In this document: positions 11,748 to 26,579 of the stretch, piece by piece | Layout: every line of letters starts with the position of its first letter | How positions within the stretch are numbered: the first letter of the stretch is position 1 | Assembly: GCF_037042905.1 (NCBI RefSeq) | Contig: NC_087249.1 | Coordinates: forward strand, 7,938,001-8,002,000 | Reading direction: 5' to 3' | Length of the DNA: 64,000 nucleotides | From: Lytechinus pictus | Taxonomy: Eukaryota | Position numbers and translations under genes: made by a program | The notes under the pieces: model-generated | What the model saw: the letters and a program-made list of their open reading frames with translations, nothing else | What the model was told of the DNA's origin: nothing | Database searches by the model: none

Positions 11748-14711
11748 GTAGCATGTATGCGGGATCATCATGCCTTTCTTTCACGGGATCTTTATACTCA
11801 CGTACCCACGATGCATTTTGAACAATGCCCAGAATGGAAATTAAGGGAGGAAGGAAGGAGGGTTGGTTTTGCCACATGCAGGACTGCAGTGCTTCGATCC
11901 ACAGAGGAACGTCTTGATCAGAAGTGGGATCCTATAGTCCTACATTTCTCTTTTGGTCGGAGGAAGGGTCAGAGGAAGCCTATAGTCGGAGTAGTGCCCG
12001 TCTAGACAAAGTTACTTACTCCTCCTTCCTCCAACCAAGATACTCTCACTGGTTTCCAGGAGAATTATTCGGAGGAAGGTCGGAGTATATGTGCAACCCG
12101 TTTGGACAAAGTTACTCCTCATTCTTCCTCCAACCAAGATAATCCTACTAGTTTCCAGGGGTTCACTGTAAAGACGCTGTTTAAAATTTTAAGCACGTTG
12201 TTTAAGCCCGTCTCTCCAACAACTATTGTTTGAACTTTTTTAACATCTGCTTAAACTTTTTAAACAAGTTGTTTAAAAGTTTAAACAAGGTGTTTAACAG
12301 TTTAAGCAACTTGTTATTAGAATGACAGGCTTAAACAATTTTTTATATTATTATTTATTTATTCTTATTTTTTTACTGAGTATCTTGGTCGGAGGAAGGT
12401 CGGAGTATCTGTGCATCCACAGGGAATGCACAGAACGAAGGGATTTTTTTTTGCTGATCGGGTGTTTGCGCTGTTGGTTACAGTGGCAAGGACCGACTGT
12501 TATCTCATAAGGAGTTCATATCTACTCTGGATATGAGCATAATATTCTTAGACAGCTATCGCGTCTTGCGCCACTCCTTTGTTGATCCGCACCGATACAG
12601 AGCTCGCGAGAGTTTTTCCATGTTTTCTCCACAGAGCTTTATTCCAATTCCATTACAGTTTGGAGCAGCTTCCAAGGCCTAGGTTAGGTGGGCACGTCGC
12701 TATGTCCTATACTTTTACTTGGGATTACGAGGTTTTTTTTAAATAAGAAAAATTATGAGAAATCATTATCTACAAAGTAACAATTTCGGATATTACTCCC
12801 ATTAAATAGTGCTGTCTCTAACCTGCCCATAAAAGCACATTATATTTGTTTCCTGTTATTCACTTTGTTTAATTGGTATGAGCCAAGATACTAGTAAGAC
12901 GGACGTATTTCCATGGGTTAGATGCTCACCAGCAGACAAACTGTATCATATTGCACAGATTCTGAGGAACCAATGCTTTCTATTTCTAACCTGTTGTGAT
13001 CAATGAATTAAGATGTCTGCTCAGGTGAGTCAAAGAGTAATTTTTTCATACTGCTACACAGGTGGAAGGGTTGTGGGCTGTGTATATGCAGCTCCCTTAA
13101 GACTACCGTTTTCATTTAACCTATCACATTCAAATGGTCGATAAATGGATACGCAGTGTATATTCTGACCTCGGAGAGTTTGTTGTTAATTCATAAGATG
13201 TGAATCATCGTGGTGAGGAATGCTGTAATTACATTTGAAAATAAATCATAGTTTGGAAACATTATTTCTAACTTCCATGGCAGAGCAGGGGATGCGGAAA
13301 CGGGGGGGGGGGGGCCTGAGTGGGATTTAGCCCCCCCCCCCCTTCGATCCCTGCAGAGTAACCGTGAATAGTACTAATTAAAGACGATGTAACTGGAGCA
13401 AGGAGATTTTGCCGTCAGTACAAAAAAAAGATGTGGGAGTAGAAATCTTTAGGTCACCCCGACCCTATCCCCTCCCCCCCCCCCCCCATCTAAATACCAT
13501 GATGTCGTCTGGTATCACTGTTTAACACGCGTCACCATTGAAATGATAATTTCCTGAATTGCTGCCATCATTACGAGCAAGGTTGATAGTGCTGTTCTTC
13601 ATTTTCATTTTATAGTCTGCTGCCGGGTCTGCTGATGACTTAATTTCTTTCATTTGATTTTGGACATTTAGTAAGATGCCCGTTGACAGTAGTAAGCCGA
13701 GGCCCGACTGGGTGTACAGGAAAGAACCATTCAAAAGACAAATTTTACATGTTTAATAAGACATACATCATTTTTTGGTTAGCTCTAGAGAGGTTCTTGT
13801 CAACTGCGATATTGCATGGAGCTCTTTTGTGTGACAATCACACTCAACCCTAATGGGAAAAAATCCAAACAGCGCTAATAAGAACCGATCAGATTACAAA
13901 CATGGAACTAACTTTAATATCCACCTAGCAACATTGGGGAAGCTGAAATAAGCAAACATCCTCCTCGGGTTTGCTTTTATTGCTCAAGTACTCGGTAGTA
14001 ATTATAACATGCTTTGAACAATTTTGAAAGACACATCACAAACTAAGTACTACTGTACAGAAGGCAAATGACATAGACCATAATTGTAGATTAGGTATGA
14101 AGCTAATGAACGAGAGAGAATTTTATGAATTATGAAACCATAGAAGCTATTTTACTTTGATGTGACATTGTGATTCAAATACACAGTATTCTTGGCATAG
14201 CTTAAAATGGCCTGATCTAGCAAAAATTAGAATCCAATCTTTTTTAATAAATATTGTAAACAGAGAATATTATGTTTTGTTTAAAACGGGATGAATAATT
14301 ATATAGATTGTAATAGACCGAAATAGATGTCAATAGAAGTAGTCATTAGCACGACTCATAAGCAAATTGGTCTGTTTGCTACAATAAATGACTGGTCACG
14401 TCACAGATTTCAGCTGATTTTTATTAGGATCCATTTCATCATTTTATAATCATGATGATAAATAATGATATAAAGTTGTCATTGATTATGCTAATGATTA
14501 GCACATATGCTCGCACGTTATAACTTTTGACATAATTACACTTATAACGACAGTTTTAAGTTTTATTCCTATTGTTTCTTGCGGTATGTGGTATGAGTTC
14601 AATTTCCGCCATTCAAGGGGCCATAAAAGTAGTGCTGGGAATGAAATGAAAAAAATGTTCACGTCATAACAATCATCAATATATTGCACGGAATATCTTT
14701 AATCTAGCAAT

Positions 14712-15058
14712 TAATAATACCTATTTTTTATATAGCGCTTTTCCCACAATTTCCCAAAGCGCTTTACAGCATATTATTACCCCAGTCATCGGATCCCTGC
14801 ATGCCCGCATACAATGTATGCACTTCTCCACTCCTTGGGGAGCATTCCAACAAGAGTTCCAAAACTCAATTGCTAGGAATACTACATAGGCTTTGGCATC
14901 CTATACCGGTATACCGATTTAGCACCTGGGTCGAGAGTGGCAAAGTGTGGATCAACGCCTTTCCAAATAAGGCATGAAAGGACGCTAGACCGCGGTGTGA
15001 TTCGAACACACGACCCTCTGTTTTCAAGGCGAGAGTCAGAACCACTACACCACGGCTC
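14712..15058 (-). mobile_element. tRNA-derived SINE with Deu/Nin-like core
   Basis: Head gagccgtggtgtagtggtt...gtgttcgaatc (A/B boxes), core ccactctcgacccaggtgctaaat, tail aaagcgctttggga...aagcgctatataaaaa. Confidence 0.8.
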
Positions 15059-15517
15059 TTCTTACTGAATTCTTGATTCGCCAATGGTTGTTTCCTTAGA
15101 CTACCTCATTCCCTTTGTTTTGCAGGATGTCCTTCCAAATTCGGTGATAATTTTGCCTAAACTGATACATCAGTCATATATGCTCTATACGGCGAATCGA
15201 AAACAGTCGTCTTATTCATTTTTATTCAAACTACCTATATGTAGTTGGTACAAAAAATGTCAAAACGGCTGTTTCGACTCGCCGTAGATCAAATGTGACT
15301 GAGGAATTACTACTTATTCGCACTTTACAGGCGCATATATTTTTGCGTCACAATTGAAATCGTAATAAAATCGCTAATCAAATCATAATGCTAGATGTAA
15401 TGTAAATTTCAATATGATTCTTGTCATAATCCGATCACACTGCTTTTCTCACAAACAAGCTGTCAAACAGACTATTACTCCTCTAGAACTGATACGTGAA
15501 TAAATCAACCTATGTAC

Positions 15518-16555
15518 CTTTTGATGAACAGTGACAGCACAGTAGGATAGGACACTTATATATATGATGCTCCCAACAATGAAGTAATAGAAAATAAACA
15601 AATCAAGAAGCTGCGCTTCACGAAACCAGACTTGGTGCAAGAGGACTATGATGGTGGTGATGTTTGTACAGTACGCGACAGCGAATAACGGTGACAGCAT
15701 TTTGTCTCCCAGTTCTACAGATCGACAAAGGATGTTGAGGGTTCGCCGGTATTTTTCCAGGTGCCTTGCCTCGATGTTTTCCACTCCCTCGAAGGATTCT
15801 GTAAAATCATGGGTCAGTTTGGAAAACTGATCTGAAAGGATGTGGCAAATTAAATATACAAACACCACGGGAAGCACCCATGCTGCTGAGGCATGTGCTG
15901 TTACGAATGAAGAAAGACCACAGATCAGATCGGGCGGCCAGAGCAAGCATCCTTTCTTGTGCTCTAACGAAGACTCTAGAGTACCAAGGCTTAAGACCAT
16001 GGTACATATCAAGTTCATACATATTGCGCATATGCCAGCGATGGTTCCGGCTAATGCAACCGAACGGTATGATTTCATCCATGTCTGCCCGATGTGCCTC
16101 TGACCTGATTCTTCAAGTCTTAATTGTGATGAATCGAAGCAAAGCTGGGAATGGTTAGCGGTGAGTTTGAAAATATCCCCTTTGTAGCAAATCTTCAAGA
16201 GGATAGTCCCGTTTATTGTCGTAAGGAAATACCATGTACAGCCCGTGACGTTGTTATAAACTGAGCCGGGGTAAATCAAAGTAGACGCTACAGCTCGTAC
16301 GAAGTTTAACCAGAGAACTATAACAACTAGAACCTGGTAAATCTCGCAAGTCAATGACAATAGGTCGCGCCTCTTTGCTTCTGACTCTGGACGTACCTTC
16401 TTTATCCGTTTCTCGTGATAAAGGCCAAAGATGATCATCAAGATTTTCAATGGACGAGCTATCTCGTCCCAGAGCGATTCGGATCTTCCGAAAGAATTGT
16501 CAGAGTTATTAGAATTCTGAATTTCTTGTTCTCCGGACTCTTCAGTACCTTCCAT
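15518..16555 (-). CDS. Grl variable exon A (N-terminus to TM6, 346 codons)
   Basis: Multi-TM ORF with shared motifs ARPLKI..GLYHE, WLNFVR, KICYKG, LCRSVELGDKMLSP. Ends AVTVHQK|gtacat, phase 0. Confidence 0.9.
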
Positions 16556-17325
16556 AATGTAAGTTTTGTATTGCTCTCAATAGATTAATCGGTTTGATTC
16601 AACCGGAGATTCTGCTGCTTATACTATCCTTCTCTACAAAAGGATGCAGCTTTCTCAATAAGTTTATCGAGCACTATAAAATTATATAACCTTCTCCTCA
16701 TTTTATCTATATCTGATTCACATTTTCACTTGAGTTTTCGTTTCTGTGTGATAGACATAAGGGTAAATACATGACGTCATACTATTCAAGTGGTGGGGGA
16801 TGGTAAAATAGTTGACCCCCCCCTGATGCTTGAATTTATACGCCAGTAGTAAAAGACCACATACTAAGCAAAAAAATGACTCGACTCGTCATTCTGAGTA
16901 TATGCATGTCACCTGTAATTGGACAAGTGCTCATCGGTTCAATTTCAGTATTACCGTGATCAGAGTAAACAGAAACAGTTTCATCGTGATTTGGCAAAAT
17001 GGATCAATCAAATACGAAAGTAATGAAGTTTTGATTGAACGTATGAAACCTTGATAAATAAAAAGCAGGAGAGAAATGACTCTATCGACATAATGAGTGC
17101 CGTCAGGTTTTTCCCGCAAAATTAGAACAAAACCAATCCCACGGAATTGGTAAGAGCACTCGTTCCAATCAATTCGATGTCTCAAATTTATTTCAGTTTC
17201 CGAGCAAACATTCTAAATATTAACATAATAGCATTTTCGCAAATCACAGGCGTAGATACATAATGTTAGTGGATGGTTGATCGATTGGTTGAATAAACAT
17301 TGACATGCATCAAACAGGTCTTGAC

Positions 17326-17637
17326 CACTAGCGTACCTACAGGGGGGGGGGGCACTCTGCCCCCCTGACGAGGCACAACCCATACAAAAGTCATATACCT
17401 GCCCCCCCTGACGAGCTTAAAAGACCTTTTTTGCCCCCCCTGACGAGCTTGAAGACCTTTATTGCCCCCCCCCCCCCGATGAGCTGGAAGACCTTTTTTT
17501 TTTTGCTTGTCAATTTTTTTTTTGTGGTACGAAAACCTTAATTTTTTTATTGAAGACCTTTTTTTTTTTTTTTTTGCTTGTCAAATTTTTTGGCGGCCGA
17601 TTTTGCCCCCCTGTGGAAAATCCTAGGTACGCCACTG
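17326..17637. mobile_element. hAT-like MITE
   Basis: cactagcgtacctac ... cctaggtacgccactg with 8-bp TSD gtcttgac (17318-17325, 17638-17645). A second copy lies inverted at 61161-61519. Confidence 0.85.
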
Positions 17638-19544
17638 GTCTTGACCACTAAATTAGCAAGATAAATCGTAAACTTATACAGTATATACAAGAAAAAGACA
17701 AATTAAAGTTTGTAGTCAGAACTTTCATATAATTGACAAAGAATGATATAAAAAATGTAAAACATGCTAGTTCTATTAGGTCATAACGTCATAGTTACAT
17801 TATGTATAATGATACACGCTTCAAAATGTAGTTAGAAAGAATAATTAACATTGTGTTGGTAGGATCAGGCCATCACCCCCGATAGGTTGGCTGTTTCAGA
17901 GATGGAACAAAATTACAGTTATATTCAACTTGTGGTAGAAGCGAAGAAGAGAAGTGCATTTTAACAAGTTTGTGCCGCAATCATTCACTCTTAGAAAATC
18001 GAATATCATCGATATCAGGATTAGTAATAAAAAAGGACCGGCTTAACTATCACACATTGTAATAATATACAGAGCGTATGAAAAAGAAGTTTACACTTAG
18101 AAATAAATCTGTAAAATTATATATTTGAAATATCCTGAGGCTTTTTCCACATTTAAACTTTGGTTGGTACAGATCTCTTTGAGCAAATGACGATATAACT
18201 ATCAAGAAATCTATCCGCTTGAGTGACCAACACTTACTTTGGAAAAATGATTTTCGCAGAACTTGCAGATCGTTATATGAATAAAAGTAGGCATTTTCAG
18301 ATTCAGATTTTATTTCCAACAGAACGTAAAGAATAATAAAAATTATTTTCATACATTTATAACAAATATTTACATTACGAATCGTTATATTCAATAACAT
18401 CAATGACAATTAACACAAGTATTTATATGATATGGTACATTTTGTAGACAAATTATAATACATAATTTTAATAGAAAAGAGAATCTGCGGATAACATTCA
18501 TCATGAAGAACGCAAGGACTTTAGCTAGGAAGATTAATTTGAATATATCTTCTACATTTTAACTTTTTTCCTTGACCAATACACTTCATAGAGCGCCATT
18601 GCGCCCCCCCCCCCTCCCTATAAACCAAGGCCATCGTGATATCTGCTTTACATGGAGCTATGATTCACATGAAATGACTTAGCCTTGATTTTTCGATTTG
18701 TTAATAATAATAATAATAGCCAATTTTTATAAAGCGCTTTTTCCAGAATGGCTCAAAGCGCGTTACAGCATATTATTGCCAAGCTTGGGAAAAGTGTGGA
18801 GAAAATATTATTAAATGAAATATGAAATGTAAACCCACTTCAAATTATAAAAGTGAAAGGATGCTCGAGATATCTGAAAGAAACTTACATTCAGTTCTGT
18901 CCTCAGATCCAGCTAGCATAAACAAAAGTAAAGGCTGTGCTTACCTAGAGTTAAAATGTTTATTTGGGTGGCAAAGTTGTTTGTTTAAATGTATCTGTTT
19001 TATTTCAATTTGCTAAAAAAATTGTTTAAAATGTTTGTCCGAACCCCTATACGCTATATGTGGGACGTTCATGATATTTTCTTTATCTGATTTCTTTTTC
19101 TTTTGACAGTCTGTACTGTTCTAAAAGGACCATGACTTGGTCATTTTACGAAGTGAAGTAAGACTTGAGAAAAATGGGGGTCTGACGTACAAAAAGGTTG
19201 ATCATTTTATGGAACTGCCCATGAGTGATGTTCCGCACGGTCAGTTTGTTTTCGCCTTTTTTTTCCTTGACACAGTGTGAAAATGAGCATTTCTGCGCAA
19301 ACCGATTTCTGCGAGCTTTACAATAATGGACAGTGCTCAATCAAGTGTAACATTCTGTCAAAATTGTTGCTGTTATTTGATAGATGAGGCCGAACCAACT
19401 ATATATGTGAAAAAATATTCCCATTTTGTATATTTGTCAATTCCCAGGACTTTTTCAAAGTGTAAACTTTCTATTGATACGCACTTTATAGATAAACATC
19501 TCTAACCAATGAAGTAAATCTCATATTATCTATTATGTGCCCAC

Positions 19545-20603
19545 CTTTTCGTGAACTGTGACAGCAAAGTAAGAAACGATGGCTAGATTCAAAACAGTTC
19601 CAACAATCCAGAATGATGCAATCAGATGATAGGATGTGCTAGTACTAACATCCGGAAACCAAACTTGATACAAGAGAAATATGATACCAGGGATATTTGT
19701 GCAATATGCAATAGCGACAAAAGGTGATAGCATTTCATCCGCGAGCTCGACGGACCTGCAGAGTGTATTGAAATTTCGTCGAAAGGAGTCCAGAAGCTTT
19801 GCGTCGAAGTTCCTCCTCTCTCCAAATGTCTTGGCAAAGTCGCGGGTCAACTGGGCAAGCTGACCCGACATGATGTAGCAGATGAAAGCTATGAAAACGA
19901 CTGTCAAGGTCCATGTTGCTGAGCCATAAACCGCAAAGACGGCGGAAAAGCCACATGCAAGATCTGAAGACCACGGGAAACACATTACCCTATGGTAGAT
20001 GGACGATTCCTCTAAACCATAGTTCATAAAGAGAATGGTTCCTATGTTAGTGCATGTTGCACAAAGGCCTATAAAAGTCCCACCTATTGCAAACGAGCGG
20101 TACTTCGTCCAAGATGACTGAATCTGCCTTCTGTTAGAAGCCCCGTCTCCTAATTGTATGGGGCGGAAACAAAGCTTCGACTGGTTAGCAATGAGTTGAA
20201 AGATATCTCCTTTGTAGCAAATTTTCAAGAAAACAGTGTTGTTTGCAGCAACAAGAAAAGCCCAAGAGGAGACGGATATATTATTGTAGGTTAAATCTTG
20301 AGAATGTTGAGAACCTGTCATCGGAAAGGAAACCAAAAACCGCGCGAAATTAAACCATAGAAATAACATAACTAGAATGTGGTAGATCCTCATAGCCAAA
20401 AATGGTAGAGAGTCGCCTTTGAACGCAGACTCCGAAGAATCTTTATTTGTTCCTTTCTCATGATATAGACCTGAAATAATCATTGGTATTTTCAATGGGC
20501 GAGCCACCTTTTCCCAAAGTATTTGGGCATCCGAAATAGAATCTTCTTCAGGTTCCAACGGAGGAATCTGGTTTCCTTGTTCTCCAGATGTACGACTATC
20601 CAT
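19545..20603 (-). CDS. Grl variable exon B (353 codons from MDSRTS)
   Basis: Paralogous to exon A (VARPLKI, GLYHE, WFNFAR, LCRSVELADEMLSP). Ends AVTVHEK|gtgggc, phase 0. The first ATG is at 20603. Confidence 0.9.
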
Positions 20604-21393
20604 CACTTCGTCCCTTCCACCTACTTTCAAAAGAAGTGACTTATATTCCAGAAGCAATATTTAGCTTATCCGCCGAAATTTAATAACTCTCGTAAATCAA
20701 AACGGTGTTTGAGAAGCGATTGTCAGTGTTTACAAAACATAACACCCATTAGAAGATGCGTCGAAAGTGAACAAAAATGGTGCATGGATCGACGATTTAT
20801 ACCCCATTAGCCAGATTCACATCTATCAATGTGGTTGCAGTGCTTGGTTATTGAGCCATGCCTTTGGATTCTCAGATAAAAATCCGTGCCATCTCACCCC
20901 AGTGTCACCTCTCGAATCAATGGAGGTGGATGGTTTTAAATTTAAACAGTTATTATAATTTACCCTGGGAGCACTTCGGCGCCTTTTCACGAAATTAAAT
21001 GTACAGGCAGCCAGCCATCCAGCGAAATGTATGCATCATCCGTAATTCATGCGCGAGGTTATAAAGCACTATCACCACTTCACCTTATAATTTTGTTTAA
21101 CATAATGTGTTAGGGTGTGTGGGGGTGCGTGTGCGTGTGTGGTGTGAAACAGGGAGAGAGAGAGTGGATGAGAGAGAAGGAGGCAGTCCCTATGGCGAAG
21201 TGAAATCAGTGCATACATATATCAATCACTATAATTTCAATAAATTTGTTATAGTTAGATCATTCTATACCGCAACATTACCGTAGCATTGTTGCAATTT
21301 GTATCAATGTTTTCGTATCGCCGTTGATGTTGTAGTATTTTAAATCATCACAATTCAATAACTTTATAATCATAGTAAGATTATACTATGCCG

Positions 21394-23325
21394 CATGGGC
21401 GGAAATCCCAGGGGGGACAGGGGGGACGTGTCCCCCCTACTCAAAATAGTAGGGGGGACACAATATCAAATGTCCCCCCTATTATTTTTGGTCTTTTATG
21501 ATGGTAAGAAATACATCATTATAAATCGAAATAACACATGTATTTTGGGACGAGATGAACTTACTTTGACGATGATAACCATTTTTTTTGCTTGCCAAAT
21601 TTTCCCGCCCCTTGTCCCCATAGGCGGATCTAGGGTGATTTACATATCTTGTTCAATATGGAGTTCGAATATCAAGTTTGGAAGTCAATATACAAAACAT
21701 ATTTCACCTCGGAAATCGAACTTTCATTATTTTGTGTAATTTACAAATTGGTTTTTAAAAAGTGCTCTGTAAAAATGTCAGTTTTATGGTCTGAATGTTA
21801 ACATTTGCTGCTTGCGCTGCGCGCTCGCAAATTTTGATTTATCAGGTACCTATTATTTTCGTGTATTCCATAAAGACTCGATGTTTCGGGCAGGTTGACT
21901 GTCCGTCTTCACTCCTGAAGACGGACAGTCAACCTGCACGAAACGTCGAATCTCTCTACTGCTTCTACTCATCATCTCCACTCGCCGACTCAAGCCAGCA
22001 ACTCCTCATCCATCCTACTACTCAAGCTGTTTCTTCAACTCATCAAACTCTTCTGGTTTACAGTCCTTTTCAGGACTACTTTCAAGAAAGGAATACTCTA
22101 CTCTCAAATCTCCACTTTCTCGCCTATCCAATTCCTTTTCTTCCTCTTTCCACTGTTTCTATAACACTCCACATGGTGTACCGTAAATCACATCAGCGAT
22201 TGTACATGCCACCATTCAAACCTTCAAACAACTTCACGCTCACGCATGTTTATTCAGATACTCAACTTGTTCTCTAATTTAAATCATTGCCCAGTTTCAG
22301 ATCACAATATCAAAAATTGTCTGCTCGCGCTTTGTGCTCGCATTATTAATGTAGGAAGACCCCATATTACTCATTCTTTTGATGATTTACAAAACATGAA
22401 CAGAGTGGGCCATTTTTAGGTCTATAAATCTCGATTTTTTTCTGCTCGCGCTTTGCGCTCGCATCAATCGTTAAATTATATAGCTATCCTGTTCACGATT
22501 ACAAAAACTGATTAAAAATTTCAATTCTTTCTTTAGAAAGTTCAAATTTTTCAGCTCGCGCTTCGCGCTCGCATTTTTTGATTGTTGAAATATGTAACGC
22601 CTTCATGGCTAAGTGCAAGCAGTCCTTAACAGGTACCAGTTAAAAACATATTTAAGAATTTTCTGCTCGCGCTTTGCGCTCACATTATTAATACTCATCC
22701 TTTTCAGGATTTACAAAACATGAATAGAGTGTCTCGTTCAGTAAATATTATAGGACTAAATCTCGAAATTTTCCGCTCGCGCTTCGCGCTCGCATTATTT
22801 GTTTACTTATATACCTATTCTGCTTGAGTTACAAAAAGTGCTTAGAATTTCCATTCTTTAGGTGAAATGTCAAAGAAAATTCAGCTCGCGCTTCGCGCTC
22901 GCATTATTTGTTTGTTAAATGCTATTTTAACATGTATCTTTTCCATCAGTACATTTTTGCTCGCGCTTTGCGTTCGTAGTAATTATTAAGTTGCATACAC
23001 ATCTTTTTCAGGATAAAAAGAACAAGACCACAATCAGTTCAAAGTTTAGGAAAAAATACATAAAATTTCCCAAAAAATTAGCTCGCGCTTCGCGCTCGGA
23101 TCATACAAATAAGGATTATGATATTATATATTAATTTATAAGAATAAAGCTAAGAAGTGACTAATGAGGACTATCCCTTCAAAGAAACAAACAAAAATCA
23201 TCTTCGAGCTGCCGATCGGGGAAAATATGGCTGAAACAGATTTCCGCCCCCCCCCCTATTGGCGAAGGCTGGATCCGCCCCTGTGTCCCCCCTACCTTTT
23301 GGGAGAGATTTCCGCCCCTGCCCTG
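21394..23325. mobile_element. hAT-like non-autonomous element with internal ~115-120 bp tandem repeats
   Basis: TIRs catgggcggaaatc / gatttccgcccctg; 8-bp TSD ctatgccg (21386-21393, 23326-23333); recurring gctcgcgcttcgcgctcgca motif. Confidence 0.8.
21875..22230 (+). mobile_element. Penelope-like retroelement fragment (inverted pseudo-LTR with minimal hammerhead motif)
   Basis: Inverted repeat centred at ~21912 containing ctgaagac-ggacagtcaacctgcac-gaaacgtc, followed by a CT-rich tract. It interrupts the host element's tandem array. Confidence 0.65.
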
Positions 23326-26300
23326 CTATGCCGTAACATTACTATATTTATATCAATGTTTTTTTTTCGTCGTATTCCCAGTGATGTTTCTGTTGCTTCT
23401 TCTGTCCTGATGACCAATATTCACTTTCATTTTAATTCCATTAATGTCTAATATTATTTACCACTTTCAACACGATTTATAGGCTCTATTTACAATATTT
23501 CCAAATAATCATTTGTTTTACATGATTTTTTTACAAATCTTCTTTGAATTACACGTTAGTAAAGATTATCTTCATTTTCATCCATTAATATGATCTTGAT
23601 CGTCACTAAAATTATGTTCATGTCATGTACTTATCGAAATCCTTTGTTAAAAAGTGTTCTGATAATATCCATATTTTTGTTTTTTTAGATCCCATATTAC
23701 TTGCAATGAAATATCACTTATCATTGATTGCTGGAAAGAATATTGAAATATGAAAATGGATTCTCGCTAACTTTTACATCATAATTGCCAAAATATATTT
23801 TTTATCGCCTTACCCATATTTTAGCTTTATAAAACCAATGAATTGATTGCATTAAATGGTTTGGAAAATGTTTCACACACCATCGCCTTGAAGCTTTTAG
23901 TCTAGTTCTTATTCTCGATTCTGAAAGTCTTATTCTTTTTATATTCAAATGTATGAACATCAAATTGATTACTTGTCAATTCTAAGCGTTATTGATCATA
24001 AGATATGCCATGTATTGCATTGATTAACCGGAACTTGAATAGGCACTATTCTTCCAATGGTTTCATTTCTCTTTTGGGAAAGATATAAAGCACCAGTTGA
24101 GTATTCAATATCTGCCAATGGGACATTGGTGAAATAGAAAAAAATGCTGCGACAGTTACTGTTACACTGGTTGTGGTTCCACAGGCCTCATTCATTTCCC
24201 ATAGACTCGTGTGTTAAAGTGGCACTTATTAAAATCATAAAAATAAGGAGGAAATTCGAGGGTTGAATGTTCACTATCAGTGGACAGGATATATGTCTGA
24301 CATTCCATATCTGTCCAGAAAAGGGTACCTCGACCGGCTCATTTTAAAAATAAATCAGCATTTATGAAGACTACACCTGACAATATCAAATTCATCACTT
24401 GAGAGAGTAAAATAGCCCTAATTCTTCCGCCAGTAAAAAATATATCTTTCCAATTTGGAAAAAGGAAGTTCAGTAGGTACCCTCCCTAGAATCAGTGTTA
24501 GATTGTCAATCAAATTCATTCATTTTTGTCAATCAGCAATATCAAATTAAAAAATTGAGAATGGGTTGGCTCGAATGAATATATTTGGCCTGTCAGTTGT
24601 AGTTAGGCCCGTGTAGCCTTGTCAGTACCTTACGCTTGATTCTGATGTATTTTCTATTCGCACATAATTTTTTTGCCAATTTAACATTTCATCAGGCTAA
24701 ATACCTAACATTACTCGCCGACCATCAAGCGATTAAACGAGATAACGTAACCCTGACTTATTCCAGTTCACCATCAGGGTACTGTGTAGGAGTGGGTTTG
24801 TGCGTGCGCCGGTGAGTACACCATGGATTTCTGAGGAATATAATAAAATCTACCATAATCGCACTGCCCTGAAGGTGGATCGTAACTTTTTTTATCAACA
24901 GATAAACGAATACGATAAATCTCAATAGCCAGATAGGCGTTTCCACGTTATACTCCTTCGTTTATGATATACTGCGGTGATATTAGCTATTTAATGAGCG
25001 AACATTTCTTGTCCTTGTGTCCATTAGTATGGGTGATAGGACAGTTCTTTTACCATTAATATCTTTTATAACGAAATTCCATGTACGATCCTTTTTTTTA
25101 ATTGGCGCAGCAAAAATGAAAAACGAGACCCATCTATCCAGTTTAGCCAGTTTATTATCTATAGTTTTATCAATAATATTCTCCATTTCCTGTTAGCCCC
25201 CAATTTTGTTTATTCCAAATGGATATTGATCGCCCACGTATTGACGGTTTTGTTTTTATTCTTACAACTTTTGGTGCTCCGGATCGTTGTGTAAACCCCC
25301 GTCTTAAATAGGAGGAATCGGGTCTCCAAGAATCAGAGATCAAAATTCAACAAAGGAACAAATGTTTGTGACAGGTGGGGGTTATTTGGGTGTTTTAGGT
25401 AAACCTTTACATTTCTTTTCTATTTGTTTTGTGCATAATAGAATTGTCTGTGTTGATGTGAATTACCGGGTTATTAGTTCAGGAGAAAGTAAAAAACAAA
25501 GTAATTTAATAATACTAAAGTAAAACGAAGCAAGAAACATAAACCTTGTTTTTCATTGTCTCCAGTACAGGGCCGTACAAATAATTATTTTTTATTTTTT
25601 TTATTTCGACCTTTTTTCGCAGACGGGGGCTGAAGCTATTTGGGGGGCTTAAAAATTCAAAAGGACCTTTTTATACAAAATACAAATTGGTCCCCTTCCA
25701 AAGGTTGTGCGGGACTGTAATGTTGTAAAATATCAGCCCCCCCCCCTCTCGTATTTTTAAGGTCAAGGATGAATATCAAACAATTTATTTATCAATATCA
25801 TCATGGGTTTCAATGTGGAAACGTTTGCTTGGTCCCACAGTATCATTGACGAAATGAATAGGACTGGATCTCTTCACCTTCTATCTATTCTGTATTTAGG
25901 CAAGATACCCGTGTCGGTCATGTTGTTATATTCATCATGATGCATTTTAACATTTTAACACTTAAAACTTCGGATTCGGATTAATATGTCTCGGATTGAT
26001 ATGTCTTTCTAAAGATAGCCAAAACAAACGTTTTATTTGTGTAAAATAACTGAAAATCTACAATATAAAGCTTGATGTTCATGGGTAAAATTTATAATCA
26101 TATAATCAAAATGTGAAAAAGATAGAAAGTGTGTTAAAGCCTAAAGGCCTTTAAATATATATTTCCTCTTTGGTATAAAGCCATGCACTGCTCAAGCATG
26201 AAATGGGACTAAATTTCTTCCATTGTAAAATTAACATTTTGAACTATATGATTAAGGGACTAAATAGCGTGGCACGACGATCAACTTGATTATGTATTTA

Positions 26301-26579
26301 CAATCGGAATATCAAAATGATACAATGAAATTAATATAATTTCTTCCTTTTTATAATTTCTATTTTGTCATCATCATTTCCAACAAAACAACCACAATAT
26401 CATAAGCAAAGAAAACTTTAATGTACAGTACATGTCATAGAAAACATGAGCTTTTAAACCAAGGCTTAATAACAATATTTTTTACTAACCCTAACAATGA
26501 AATGGTATAATTTTCTCGGATATAATAAATATTGGACAGATCCAGCGAAGTGTTCTTTCAATGCAGTAGGCCTAAAATT

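Noticed and set aside
13522..13734. Additional Grl exon or alternative C-terminus
   Set aside because: It has an acceptor-like site but no Gr similarity, and the constant exons already join in frame without it.
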